DNA of 64,000 nt from Anaeromyxobacter sp. (GTDB taxonomy: Bacteria; Myxococcota; Myxococcia; Myxococcales; Anaeromyxobacteraceae). The notes under the pieces are model-generated. The model was not told where the DNA came from. It saw only the letters and a list, made by a program, of their open reading frames with translations, and ran no database searches. The position numbers and the translations under genes are program-made. The stretch lies in contig JASGJN010000022.1 in the NCBI GenBank assembly GCA_049840735.1, positions 576,001 to 640,000 of the forward strand, in the 5' to 3' direction. Shown here in pieces: positions 26,452 through 36,208 of this stretch (position 1 is the first letter of the stretch; every line of letters starts with the position of its first letter).

Positions 26452-27381
26452 GTGGCTGCCAAGGGTTGGAAGGGATTCAAGCGGTCCGTCCGCGCCTCGG
26501 TGATCGTGGCCGGGGCCCGCCTCCTGATGCGCCTGCCGTACGCCGTCGCGGTGCGCGTCGGTGGCGCGCTGGGCCGGGCCGCCTGGTGGGTCTCCCCGGG
26601 GCTGCGGCGGGACATGCGGGCCAGCCTGGCGGTGGCCTTCCCGGAGAAGAGCGCCACCGAGCGGGACGCCATCGGCCGCGCCGCCATGCGCCACCTGGGC
26701 TGGGTGACCGGCGAGATCATCTCCATGCACCAGTGGAAGGACCGCATGGACGAGCGGATCCAGGCCACGCCGGAGGCGGTGGCCACGGTGCAGCGGGCCT
26801 GGGACCGGAAGAAGGGCATCATCTTCGTGCTGGGGCACATCGGGAACTGGGAGCTGACCAACCGGCTCTCGCGCTACGTCCAGCCCAACGCCGCCATCGC
26901 CAAGCGCTCCTGGCACGAGAAGATCGACCGGGTGATGGAGGACTTCCGGGCCGCGCACGGCGTCGGCACCTACTGGCGCGACGACGCGGCCACCGGCCGC
27001 AAGATGCTGAAGCTCTTCAAGCAGGGCGGGGCGCTGGGGATCCTCATCGACCAGGACATCCCCTCCGTGCAGAGCGTCTTCGTCCCGTTCTTCGGGAGGC
27101 TGGCCGCCACGCCGCGGGCCGCCGCCGACTTCGCGCTCCGCTTCGGCGCCGCGCTGCTGGTGGTCACCTGCCACCGGCGCGGGCCCAGGCCGGAGGACGG
27201 CCACGCGCTGGAGGTGGTCGAGGTCCCGCACGATCCGGCCCCCGCCGATCCCGAGGCGGAGGTGCTGCGGCTCACCGCCGCCTGCGCCAGGGTGCAGGAG
27301 GACGCCATCCGCCGCCACCCCGAGGAGTGGGTGTGGATGCACCAGCGGTGGAGGTCCCGGCCGCCCGGGGAGCAGGGGTAG
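26452..27381 (+). CDS. Lipid A/lysophospholipid acyltransferase (LpxL/HtrB family)
   Basis: GHIGNWE, ILIDQD, VFVPFFGRLAAT and IRRHPEEWVWMHQRW. Confidence 0.92.
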   Translation: MAAKGWKGFKRSVRASVIVAGARLLMRLPYAVAVRVGGALGRAAWWVSPGLRRDMRASLAVAFPEKSATERDAIGRAAMRHLGWVTGEIISMHQWKDRMDERIQATPEAVATVQRAWDRKKGIIFVLGHIGNWELTNRLSRYVQPNAAIAKRSWHEKIDRVMEDFRAAHGVGTYWRDDAATGRKMLKLFKQGGALGILIDQDIPSVQSVFVPFFGRLAATPRAAADFALRFGAALLVVTCHRRGPRPEDGHALEVVEVPHDPAPADPEAEVLRLTAACARVQEDAIRRHPEEWVWMHQRWRSRPPGEQG

Positions 27382-27384
27382 GGC

Positions 27385-27996
27385 TCAGCGCTCCGGGCGC
27401 AGCACCAGGTCCACCTCGATGTCCACCTGGTCCTTCACCGCCAGCGCGCCGCCCATGGACGAGAACGGGCGGATGCCGTAGCCGGACTGCCGGATCCGCC
27501 CGCGCGCCTTCACCCGCCAGCCCGGCCCGTCCGGCGTGGCCTCGACCGCCAGGTCGAGCGGGCGCTCCTGGCCGTGCAGCGCGAGCTGGCCGTGCGCCGT
27601 CCCCTTGCGCGCGCCGCCCTCGCCCGGCGCGTCCAGCTCCAGCCCTTCGCAGCGCCAGGTAATCTCCGGGTGGCGCTCGACGTCGAGCAGGTCCGCGCCG
27701 CGGGCTTGGCCCGAGACCTTGCGCCGGTCCGCCTCGGAGAGCCCCTCGGCGTGATCCTCCAGCGTGCGCGCGTCGATTCGGACCGCGACCCGGGCCCGGG
27801 CCGGATCGCCGTCCGGCAGCTCCGCCGTGGCGCTCCAGCGGCCCGGCTGGAAGGCGTGATCGTGCGCGAACGGCGAGAAGAGCCCCTTCTTGTAGACGCG
27901 CATGACCACCTTGCCGTCGCCCGGGCCGGACCTCAAGGTGGCGGAGCCGGTGCCGGCGGCGAGCGCGAGCGGGAGCAGCAGCGGGAGCGCGGTCAT
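27385..27996 (-). CDS. YceI-family periplasmic lipid/polyisoprenoid-binding protein
   Basis: Signal peptide; LLDVERHPEITW, GQLALHGQERP and IRQSGYGIRPFS...VKDQVDI. Confidence 0.82.
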   Translation of the reverse strand: MTALPLLLPLALAAGTGSATLRSGPGDGKVVMRVYKKGLFSPFAHDHAFQPGRWSATAELPDGDPARARVAVRIDARTLEDHAEGLSEADRRKVSGQARGADLLDVERHPEITWRCEGLELDAPGEGGARKGTAHGQLALHGQERPLDLAVEATPDGPGWRVKARGRIRQSGYGIRPFSSMGGALAVKDQVDIEVDLVLRPER

Positions 27997-28008
27997 GGCG
28001 GGTGCCCT

Positions 28009-28803
28009 TCACTGGAAGACATAGCCGACGCGGAAGTTCGGGTGGACCATGCGGTCCGGGTAGCCCACCACCTCGCCCACCACCTCCCAGCGGCCGCCGG
28101 CCAGCAGGCGCAGCCCCGCGTCCCAGGTCGGGCCGGTGTAGTCGCTCTCCAGGACGTTGCCGTCGCTGGTGACCTCGAAGCGGCCGCGCAGCGTCACCAC
28201 GCCCGCGCCGGCGTAGGGCTCCAGGGTCACCTTCCCCGCCATGAAGTGGCCGCCCACCGAGAGCTCGGCCCCGGCGAGCCTGGTGAGGAGCTCGTCGCGC
28301 GTGTCCGGATCGGTGACCGGCGAGGTGGAGCGGGCGTAGACCCCGCGCACGCGCAGCCCGGCGCGGAACGCGCCCGGCACCCAGGCCAGCCCGGCCTCCA
28401 GCGACAGGTCGTGGGTGGCGACCTCGCGGATCTTCACCGGCGGGACGTAGGCGCCGCCCAGGAAGGCGCGGAAGTCGCCGGGCAGCCCCAGCCCCACCGA
28501 CGCGCGCGGGCGCGGGAAGAGCCGGGTCCGGTCGGAGGCGGTGATCTGCGTCTTGGCGCCGGTGGCGCCGTCGATCACCGGGATGGTGACCAGCTCCACC
28601 GACAGGTCCCACTGTCCGCCGGCCAGCGCCCCCGGCGCCTGCAGCGCCGGGAGGTCGAGCAGGAGCGAGTGGAGCTCGATGAGCCGCTCCTCCTGGTCGG
28701 CCATGGTCTGGCCGGCGGCCAGGCCAGGAAGCGCGACCAGTATGAGCAGCGCCAGCCAGCGGCCGCGGAGTCGAAGGCCAGGCGTTGCACGGGCCCGGCT
28801 CAT
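28009..28803 (-). CDS. Putative outer-membrane beta-barrel protein
   Basis: Signal peptide, alternating beta-strands, C-terminal RVGYVFQ; ATGA overlap. Confidence 0.65.
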   Translation of the reverse strand: MSRARATPGLRLRGRWLALLILVALPGLAAGQTMADQEERLIELHSLLLDLPALQAPGALAGGQWDLSVELVTIPVIDGATGAKTQITASDRTRLFPRPRASVGLGLPGDFRAFLGGAYVPPVKIREVATHDLSLEAGLAWVPGAFRAGLRVRGVYARSTSPVTDPDTRDELLTRLAGAELSVGGHFMAGKVTLEPYAGAGVVTLRGRFEVTSDGNVLESDYTGPTWDAGLRLLAGGRWEVVGEVVGYPDRMVHPNFRVGYVFQ

Positions 28804-29930
28804 CTCGGCGCCCTCGCCAGGCCGGCCGAGAACCGGCCGGTGGTGTCGAAGCCGGCGTAGTAGAGCCTCCAGCCGTCGGCGTCGAGCAGCGCCGAGGGGG
28901 TGGTCAGGCCGCCGGAGTCGAAGGTGCCGGCGTCGCCCGGGCCGATGGCCGCGCCCGCGGGGCCGGGCTGCGGGAGCTTGATCCAGGTGATCCCGTCGTC
29001 CGACTCGGCGTACCCGATGGTGCCCTTGCTCGGCCCGCCGAACGGGCCGGGCGTGGCGCAGGCGCGGTACCACATGCGGTAGAGGCCGTCCCGCTCCTTC
29101 ACCACGGTGGGCTGGTAGGCGCAGGCGGCGTCGAAGCTCCCGGCCGCGCCCAGGTCCAGCACCGCGCCGGTGACCGTCTTGCCGGGCACCTTGGTCCAGG
29201 TGCGGGCGTCCGTCGAGACCGCCAGCCCCACGCGCCAGGAGTTGGTGACGTCGTTGGCCGAGTAGTACATCCGGTACTGGTCGCCGTCCTTGATGACCCA
29301 GACGTACCCGATCTGCTGCGCGTCGAACTCGCCCGCAGCGCCCAGCGGCAGGACGCTGCCGCCCGGGCCGTCGCCGTCGTAGTGCTTGGTCCAGTGGACG
29401 CCGTCGGCGGAGTCGGCGTAGCCGACGCGCCGGTCCAGCGCGAGCGTGCCGGTGGGGCAGTTGAAGGGGGAGGCGCTGCCGTTGAACCACATGCGCCAGG
29501 TGGCGCCGTCCTGCAGCACGAAGGGGCGGTAGGTCAGGAACGAGTCGAAGCTCCCCGGCTCGCCCACGTCCAGCAGCGCGCCCCCCGGCCCGTCACCGGC
29601 CACGCGGGTGAAGGTGACGCCGTCGGTGGACGTGGCCAGCCCCGGGCGCCAGTGGGCGTCGTTGATGCCGGGGCAGGCCGCGTCGCCGGTCGCGTCGGCG
29701 CCGCCGTAGTAGAGCCAGATCTGGCCGTCGTGCTCGAGCGCGGCGACGGTGAAGTTGCCGCGCTCGTCGAAGGCGCCCTCGGCGCCCAGATCCAGCACCG
29801 CGCCGCCGGTGGCCGGGCCGGGGACCTTCTGCCAGGCCAGCGGCGTCAGCGGGGCGGTCTCGACGGAGCAGCCGGCCAGCGCGAGCAGCCCGGCGGCGAG
29901 CAGGGCGGGGAGGTTCCTCGAGCGCGCCAT
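28800..29930 (-). CDS. Five-bladed beta-propeller glycoside-hydrolase-like lipoprotein (GH43/GH32/GH130 clan)
   Basis: Lipobox LALAGC; five repeats of VL..G..G.FD...P.V......RMWY...IG.A.S.DG..W.K. Confidence 0.82.
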   Translation of the reverse strand: MARSRNLPALLAAGLLALAGCSVETAPLTPLAWQKVPGPATGGAVLDLGAEGAFDERGNFTVAALEHDGQIWLYYGGADATGDAACPGINDAHWRPGLATSTDGVTFTRVAGDGPGGALLDVGEPGSFDSFLTYRPFVLQDGATWRMWFNGSASPFNCPTGTLALDRRVGYADSADGVHWTKHYDGDGPGGSVLPLGAAGEFDAQQIGYVWVIKDGDQYRMYYSANDVTNSWRVGLAVSTDARTWTKVPGKTVTGAVLDLGAAGSFDAACAYQPTVVKERDGLYRMWYRACATPGPFGGPSKGTIGYAESDDGITWIKLPQPGPAGAAIGPGDAGTFDSGGLTTPSALLDADGWRLYYAGFDTTGRFSAGLARAPR

Positions 29931-29938
29931 GGCGGGCC

Positions 29939-30334
29939 TCAGTAGCCGCCGCCGGTGACCTGGCCGTTGGTCACCGCCAGCGTCCCCTGGAACGCGGTGT
30001 TGGTGGGATCCGTGGCGTCGTGGAAGGTGCAGACCGCGACGCTGGGCGGGGAGACCTCGGTCGAGGTCATCGAGTCCAGGTTGGCGACGTCGAGCACGGC
30101 GCAGTCGTCCGAGGCGATGCCGTGGGCGACCGAGTCCTCGTTCTCGAAGTGGACCGTGCCGCCCGGCTTCACGCAGGCGGCCTTGGGGCTCACGCCGGTG
30201 GAGTCGATGGTGAAGGTGGTCCGGGTGCCGGGGTTGCAGGTCTGCGAGCCGCCGCCTCCGCCGCCCCCACCGCCGCCACACGCGGTCGCCACCAGGAGCG
30301 CTGCCATGCACCACGTCCGAGCGTCCAATGCCAT
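29939..30334 (-). CDS. Small cupredoxin-like lipoprotein
   Basis: Lipobox VATAC, Gly linker, VSPKAACVKPGGTVHFENEDSVAH...CTFHD...GTLAV. Confidence 0.7.
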   Translation of the reverse strand: MALDARTWCMAALLVATACGGGGGGGGGGSQTCNPGTRTTFTIDSTGVSPKAACVKPGGTVHFENEDSVAHGIASDDCAVLDVANLDSMTSTEVSPPSVAVCTFHDATDPTNTAFQGTLAVTNGQVTGGGY

Positions 30335-30448
30335 GTCCGTTCCTCCGTCCGTGAGGGCCTGGGCCCTCCATGGGGGAACGGACACCGGACGCACCGGCGA
30401 CGGGACAGGGGCGCCCCGTCGTGGCCGTCCGGGCACCCGCGCAGGGGC

Positions 30449-31414
30449 TCAGCGGTACAGCTTCGCCAGCTCGTCGACCCGCTGCCGCAGCTCGGCGCGC
30501 ACGTCGGCCGGCGACTCGACCGTGGCCTCGCCGCCGTGGCCCAGCACGAGGCCGAGCAGCCAGTTGCCCGGCGTGACGCGGCGGACCACCGAGACCGAGC
30601 CGTCCGCGTGCGGGGTGGGCCTGGCGCCGGCGGCGCTCGCCTGGCGGGCGGCGCTGCCGGTGAGCCGCAGCGTCACCTCGCGCTCGGCGCCGGAGGCGAA
30701 GTAGAGCGCCCGGGCGTAGCGCTGCAGCGGCGGCCCCTGGTGCCGGCCGAAGACGCGGGCGCCGACCGTCACGCCGGCAATCCGGTCCAGGCGGTAGAGG
30801 TGCTCCTCCGCCTTCTCGACGTTCCAGGCGGCCAGGTACCAGGCGCCGTCCCGCTGGAAGAGCGCGCGCGGCTCGATGGCCCGCGGCGCCGGGGCGGCGT
30901 CGCGCACCGAGAGGTACTCCAGCGTCACCTCCAGGCGGCGCTGGATGGCCTCCTGCAGCGGCGGGCCCCAGGGCGCCGGAGGCGCGGCCGGCACGTCCAG
31001 GCCGCGCATGAGCTGGTCGGCCCGGGCGCGGAGCGGCTCGGGGATGGCCTGGCGCAGCTTGCGGACCGTGTCGCGCGCCGGCTTGCCGGCCTCGCGCGCG
31101 GCCGGCTCCAGCGCCGCCAGCAGCACCGCCCCTTCACCCAGCGAGAAGGCCAGCGGCCGGTCCAACCGCGTGCCGTAGGCCAGGTGGAACTCGCCCTCCT
31201 CGTAGAAGAGCCCGATGGCATCCTCGCCGGTGGCCGGGTCGCTCCAGAGCGACTGCACGCTCTCGATGTCGGCCACCAGCTCGCCCACGTGGCGGGCGCC
31301 GGTGAGCGCCAGCGCCCGCGCCGCCGGCACGCCGCGCCCCTCGCGCGCCGCGCGCCCCGCCGCGGGCAGCAGCAGGAGCAGCCGGCGCAGCCGCTTCAGG
31401 TAGCCCGCGTTCAC
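30449..31414 (-). CDS. pafC: WYL-domain transcription factor, PafC-like
   Basis: RLRRLLLLLP HTH start, LDRPLAFSLGE, WYL domain (LEYLS...RAIEP...WYLAAWN...LYRLDRI), WCX tail LGHGGEATVESP. Confidence 0.85.
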   Translation of the reverse strand: MNAGYLKRLRRLLLLLPAAGRAAREGRGVPAARALALTGARHVGELVADIESVQSLWSDPATGEDAIGLFYEEGEFHLAYGTRLDRPLAFSLGEGAVLLAALEPAAREAGKPARDTVRKLRQAIPEPLRARADQLMRGLDVPAAPPAPWGPPLQEAIQRRLEVTLEYLSVRDAAPAPRAIEPRALFQRDGAWYLAAWNVEKAEEHLYRLDRIAGVTVGARVFGRHQGPPLQRYARALYFASGAEREVTLRLTGSAARQASAAGARPTPHADGSVSVVRRVTPGNWLLGLVLGHGGEATVESPADVRAELRQRVDELAKLYR

Positions 31415-32435
31415 GGCGCCCTCCCGTCCAGCGCGGCCGCCAGCCCGGCCAGGATCTCGCGCGCCAGCGCCCGCCCCTCGGCCGGCGCCACCAGCTCGGC
31501 GTTCGGCCCCCAGGCCAGCGCCTGCCGCACCAGGCCGCGCAGGTTGCGCACCTCCAGCCGCGCCAGCCGGGCGCCGTCCGGCTCGGCGCTGAGCCGCGCG
31601 CCGGGCAGGAGCGTGCGGGCGATCCTCGCCAGCGCGCCGCGGAAGCGGACCTGCGCCTCGAGCGGTGGGTGGTCCTGGTAGTCCCAGGCCTGCTGCCGCG
31701 CCCAGCGCCGGATGTCGAAGTCCTCCGGGATGCGGTAGCCCTCGCGCGGCGAGACGCGCAGGCGCGAGGCGCGCGAGAGATAGAAGATGCGGACCGCGTC
31801 GCGCAGGTGGCAGTGGCCCACGAAGATCCACTCGCCGCGGCGGCGGGCCCAGCCGTAGACGTCCACCGCCCGCTCGAGCCGCTCGCCGGTGCCGACCCGC
31901 AGGTAGTCGAAGCGGATGCGGCGCCGGCGCTCCCAGGCGTCGACGAGCTTCTTGAGCGCGGCGTCCCCCGCCGGCGCCCCCTCGCCCGGCTCCAGCGGCG
32001 CCTCCTCCAGCGCCGCGGCGCGGGCCAGCGCCGGGCCGCCGCCGGCCGAGAGCTTGCGCAGCGCGCTCTCCAGCTCGTCGCGCAGCGGGTGGTCGCTGAG
32101 CCGGAGCGCCGCCGCGCCCGCGGTCCAGACCAGCGCGCCCTCCTCCGGCGTGAGCGAGAGGAGCGGCAGCGCCGAGGCCCGCGCGTCGATGGCGTAGGCG
32201 TAGGGGTCCAGCGCCTGCCCGGTCTCCTCCCGGTCCAGCACGAACCCGAGCCGCTCCAGGTCGGCCTTGTCGCGCGTGAACATCCGCTCCCGCGCCTCCG
32301 GCTTGCCCCGGTAGTGGCCCGGGAAGGCCTCGGTAGATTCTGCGCGCGCGTCACCGGCCCGGGCTGGTCGAGGATCCAGGCGGCCAGGCCCAGCAGCCGA
32401 GCTTCGGGATTTCCCTTGGGTTTTGCGGCGGGCAT
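31411..32435 (-). CDS. pafB: WYL-domain transcription factor, PafB-like, frameshift near 32340
   Basis: EARLLGL...GHY....ARERMFTRDKADLERLG (PafB-type N-terminus); WYL IRFDY...VDVYG...WIFVGHCHLRDAVRIFYLSR; GTGA coupled to the pafC-like gene. Confidence 0.85.
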
Positions 32436-32689
32436 CGCCCCACAGTGTAGCCCGGCCCGGGCGGGACGGTGCGCCTCTCCTGGCCGGGACGCGCCATGCC
32501 GCGGTGCGGTGCCGGGCGCCCACCGGCCGTCCCACGCCCCGGGCACCCGGCGCGCGCGTCCCCGGTGCCCGGCACCGGGCGGCCCGCCCGAACGACTTGC
32601 GGTCGCCAGGGAAGGTCCATACTCAGATCAGCAGAGGCGCCCGCGCAGCCGGGCCGGATGGGCGCCGCACCTGACGTGGAGGTGGGACG

Positions 32690-33031
32690 GTGTCTCTCTC
32701 CGCGAAGCGCTATCACCGACACGAGCGCGGCACCTGCGCCTGCGGGCACCGCGCGCTCTTCTTCGTCCGCCGCCGGCGCGCGTGGGTCGCGATCTGCCGG
32801 GTGGACCACCCGCTGTGCGTGCGCTGCTGGCACTCGCTGCAGGACCACGATCGCGCCGAGCGCGCCGCCTACCAGGCCATGCTGCGCGCGCTGGCAGCCG
32901 GGCCGCCTCAGCCGGCCGCGCAGGCCCGGACCAGCCGGTCCCGCAGCGCCTCCCAGGCGCCACCGGGCGGGACGTCCTCGACGGCGATGGCCGCGCAGCC
33001 GCGGGCCTCCAGCGCGCGCAGCGCTGCGTAG
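32690..33031 (+). CDS. Small Cys/His-rich hypothetical protein (possible Zn finger)
   Basis: GGAGG RBS before GTG; CACGH...HPLCVRCWH. The 3' end overlaps sua5 by about 120 bp. Confidence 0.5.
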   Translation: MSLSAKRYHRHERGTCACGHRALFFVRRRRAWVAICRVDHPLCVRCWHSLQDHDRAERAAYQAMLRALAAGPPQPAAQARTSRSRSASQAPPGGTSSTAMAAQPRASSARSAA

Positions 33032-33918
33032 AGGCCGCGGGCGTAGCCGGCCGGGTCGTCCGGCAGCCGCTCCACGGCGTCGGCGCCCGCCGGGGCCGCG
33101 CCGCGCACGAGCGCGCCGCGCGGGCCGGGCAGCGCCGCCAGCCGCGCCGGGAGCGCGGCCGTCGAAACCAGGATGACCTGCCCCGCCGGCGCGTAGTGGC
33201 GGTGGTGCTGCCCGGGGGAGGCGGCCACCGGCGTGTGGTCCGGCGCCGGTGGGCGCGCGGCCTGCGCCGCCGGAGCGGCGCCCACGGCGATGGGCCCCAG
33301 CTCGGCCTCGAGCGCTGCGCGGGAGAGGCCGCCCGGGCGGAGCAGGCGCGGCACCGGCCCGTGCGCCAGCGACAGGACCGTGGACTCGATGCCCACCTCG
33401 CAGCCGCCGCCGTCCAGCACCGCGTCGATGCGCCCGTCGAGGTCGGCCAGCACGTGCTCGGCCAGCGTCGGGGACACGTGCTCGGAGCGGTTCGCGCTGG
33501 GGGCGGCGATGGGCGCGCCCACCGCGCGGAGCAGCGCCTGGGCCACCGGGTGCGCCGGCGCGCGGACGCCGACGGTGCCGCCGCCGGCGGTCACCTCGTC
33601 CGGCACCACCGGACGCCTGGGGAGCACCAGCGTGAGCGGGCCCGGCCAGTGGCGGTCCGCCAGCGCCTGGGCGGCGGGCGGCCAGCCCTCCACCAGTCCG
33701 GCCGCCTCGGTCGCGCCGGTCACGTGGACGATGACCGGGTTGGTGGCGGGCCGCCCCTTGGCCGCGAAGATGCCGCGCACCGCCAGTCCGTCCAGGGCCA
33801 GCGCGCCCAGGCCGTAGACCGTCTCGGTCGGGAAGGCGACCAGCCCGCCCTTGCGGAGCAGCTCGGCGGCGCGGGCCAGCCCGGCGGGATCGGCGGTGAG
33901 GCGCTCGGTGCGGCGCAT
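32908..33918 (-). CDS. sua5: Threonylcarbamoyl-AMP synthase, Sua5 (TsaC2) type
   Basis: VAFPTETVYGLG, KGRPATNPVIVH, WPGPLT, IAAPSANRS, GIESTV and SPGQHHRHYAP, plus the SUA5 domain. Confidence 0.95.
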   Translation of the reverse strand: MRRTERLTADPAGLARAAELLRKGGLVAFPTETVYGLGALALDGLAVRGIFAAKGRPATNPVIVHVTGATEAAGLVEGWPPAAQALADRHWPGPLTLVLPRRPVVPDEVTAGGGTVGVRAPAHPVAQALLRAVGAPIAAPSANRSEHVSPTLAEHVLADLDGRIDAVLDGGGCEVGIESTVLSLAHGPVPRLLRPGGLSRAALEAELGPIAVGAAPAAQAARPPAPDHTPVAASPGQHHRHYAPAGQVILVSTAALPARLAALPGPRGALVRGAAPAGADAVERLPDDPAGYARGLYAALRALEARGCAAIAVEDVPPGGAWEALRDRLVRACAAG

Positions 33919-34136
33919 GCGGCAGGGGCTCCTGGTGCGGAGCCCGGGGGCAATCCCCGGGGCGCGGCCGAACCTACGCGGGTCGGGTGGACCTCAGCAA
34001 GTGCCGACCCGCCGCGGCGGGCGCCCCGCCTGGTAGACACCTGTCACCAACCCGAGGACCCATTGTCCTGGGGATGGGCGCTCCGGCCGACGCGGGCCGC
34101 AGCGCCGCTCGGGATCCTCCCGGAAAGGAACGCACG

Positions 34137-35378
34137 ATGTTCACGAACCGTCTCGTCGGCGCCGCGCTGGCGGCGCTGCTGGCGCTCGCCGCCCTGCCTG
34201 CGGCCGCTCAGAACCTGGTGGTCTGGCACGGCTACCGCGGCGAGGAGCGGGCCGCGCTGGAGCAGGTGGTCTCGGACTACAACGCGCGCCAGGCCGGCAA
34301 GGGGCCCAGGGTGCAGCTGCTGGCCGTCCCGTCCGACGCCTTCCTCGACAAGATCAGCGCCGCCGTGCCGCGCGGCAGCGGGCCGGACATCTTCATCGGC
34401 CCGCAGGACCGGCTGGGCGGCTGGGTCGAGGCCGGCGGCATCGTGGACCCGAGCGGCTTCTACGTGGACCAGAAGACGCGCGACCGCTTCCTGCCCTCCA
34501 CCATCCAGTCGCTCACCTACCGGGGCGAGCTCTACGGGCTGCCGCTCAACTTCAAGGAGGTCACCCTCATCTACAACAAGAAGCTGGTGAGCCAGCCCCC
34601 GCGCACCACCGCCGAGCTGGAGGCGCTCTCGAAGAAGCTGACCAACAAGGCGGGCGGGACGTTCGGCCTGGCCTTCCCGCACACCGACTACTACTACGTC
34701 GCCGCCATCCAGAACGGCTTCGGCGGCCACGCCTTCCAGGGCCAGACCCCCACGCTGGACGCGCCGGAGAACGTGAAGGCGATGACGCTGGTGGCGCGCT
34801 GGGCGAAGGAGTTCCTGCCCCCCGAGCCCTCGACCACGCTCGTCACCTCGCTCTTCAACTCCGGCAAGGCCGCCATGGTCATCTCCGGCCCCTGGTTCCT
34901 GGGCGAGATCGATCCGTCCATCTCCTACGCGCTGGCGCCGCTGCCGACCATCAGCGAGGCCGGCGGGCAGCCCATGCGCCCCTGGATGACGGTGGAGGGC
35001 GTGTTCGTCACCGCGCCGTCCAAGCAGAAGGACGCCGCCTACGCGTTCGTCGACTACCTGACCAGCAAGGACGGCGGGAAGGTGATGGCGCTCAAGGGCC
35101 GGCAGACGCCGGCCAACCAGGAGGTGTTCCAGGATCCGCAGGTGGCGAAGGACCAGGTGCTGGCCGCGTTCAACGCGCAGGCCAAGACCGGCGTGCCCAT
35201 GCCCAACATCCCGGAGATGACGATGATGTGGTCCCCCGCCACCTCGGCGCTGGGCGCCATCATGCGTGGCTCGGCCACGCCCGAGGCGGCGCTGGCCAAG
35301 GCGCAGTCGCAGGTGCAGAAGGCCGTGGCCGACCTGCACGGCAAGGCGTCGACGGGAACGGGCGGCGGGGGGAAGTGA
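34137..35378 (+). CDS. Maltose/maltodextrin-type sugar ABC binding protein (no adjacent permeases)
   Basis: Signal peptide; GPDIFIGPQDRLGGW, LYGLP, LIYNKKLV..PP.T, FNSGKAAMVISGPW and PMPNIPEM..MW. Confidence 0.9.
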   Translation: MFTNRLVGAALAALLALAALPAAAQNLVVWHGYRGEERAALEQVVSDYNARQAGKGPRVQLLAVPSDAFLDKISAAVPRGSGPDIFIGPQDRLGGWVEAGGIVDPSGFYVDQKTRDRFLPSTIQSLTYRGELYGLPLNFKEVTLIYNKKLVSQPPRTTAELEALSKKLTNKAGGTFGLAFPHTDYYYVAAIQNGFGGHAFQGQTPTLDAPENVKAMTLVARWAKEFLPPEPSTTLVTSLFNSGKAAMVISGPWFLGEIDPSISYALAPLPTISEAGGQPMRPWMTVEGVFVTAPSKQKDAAYAFVDYLTSKDGGKVMALKGRQTPANQEVFQDPQVAKDQVLAAFNAQAKTGVPMPNIPEMTMMWSPATSALGAIMRGSATPEAALAKAQSQVQKAVADLHGKASTGTGGGGK

Positions 35379-35386
35379 GGCTGGCG

Positions 35387-35427
35387 CAGGAGGAGGGCGG
35401 CCGCGCTGGGCGGTCGCCCTCCTCCTG
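35387..35427. terminator. Long hairpin after the sugar-binding-protein gene
   Basis: CAGGAGGAGGGCGGCCGC-GCTGG-GCGGTCGCCCTCCTCCTG. Confidence 0.6.
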
Positions 35428-36137
35428 GACCCGGGTCTTGAGCCACGGCGCGGAACCCGCCGGCCGTCGCGAGCGAGGCCCCCAGCCTGCCTGGTGCCAC
35501 GCGATGAGCAACGCGAGCAACAGGTTGGGCCCGACCGCGCGCAGGATCGGCTGCACCGGATCGATGCGGGCCAGGTCCTCGCAGCGTGACCTTCTATGCG
35601 TTTCACGAGGCGGCCACGCTCGCCACGCTGATCTGCGGTGATCGACGTCGATGTCCTCCCACCAGAGCAGGGGTGGCCAGCGAAGCCCGTACGCCTTGCA
35701 CTGGGGCGCGCGCGCCAGGCTCGCGCCCGTGTACGGAGCCCAGATCGAGCAGCGCTGGCCAGGGCGTTATGCGGGTCGAGAAGTACCGGGCCGAGATGAA
35801 GAAGCAGCTGCGCGCGATCTCGCCCAAGATCACGGCCGAGTAGCTGGTCGAACCCGCTCGCGGGCTGGGCGTCCCCTGGGGCGGTCACCCGCGCTTCACG
35901 CCGCCCCCGGCCCGGCACGGTGAGCGGCGTCGCCACCGCGCCCGCTACGAGGGACGCTCAACGCCTCTGCGGTGCGAAGCCCCGAGCCTGGGTGGACGGG
36001 CTCAAGCGGGTCCAGGCGTGATTGGTAGCGCGAGGCCCCGCCCGAAGTAGTCGGCCGTGAGGACGCCAGGTTGGGTCGCCGCAGCCCATGACCGTGGGGC
36101 ACGCACAAATTCGCGCGCCCATCTCCACTCAGGGTAC

Positions 36138-36179
36138 GAAAGAAAAGCGGCGGGCGATCCTCGAACGATCGCCCGCCGC
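36138..36179 (-). terminator. Terminator-like hairpin at the left end of the IS, facing outward
   Basis: 13-bp stem GCGGCGGGCGATC/GATCGCCCGCCGC, followed on the minus strand by TTTTCTTTC. Confidence 0.55.
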
Positions 36180-36208
36180 ACGGCTGTCGTCGGGTAGGAG
36201 CCCGGCGG

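Noticed and set aside
30248..30280. GCC-rich microsatellite
   Set aside because: It encodes the poly-Gly linker after a lipoprotein Cys, with mixed codons.
30360..30384. TGTCCG upstream of the cupredoxin-like lipoprotein
   Set aside because: No TAnnnT-like box at 9-10 nt.
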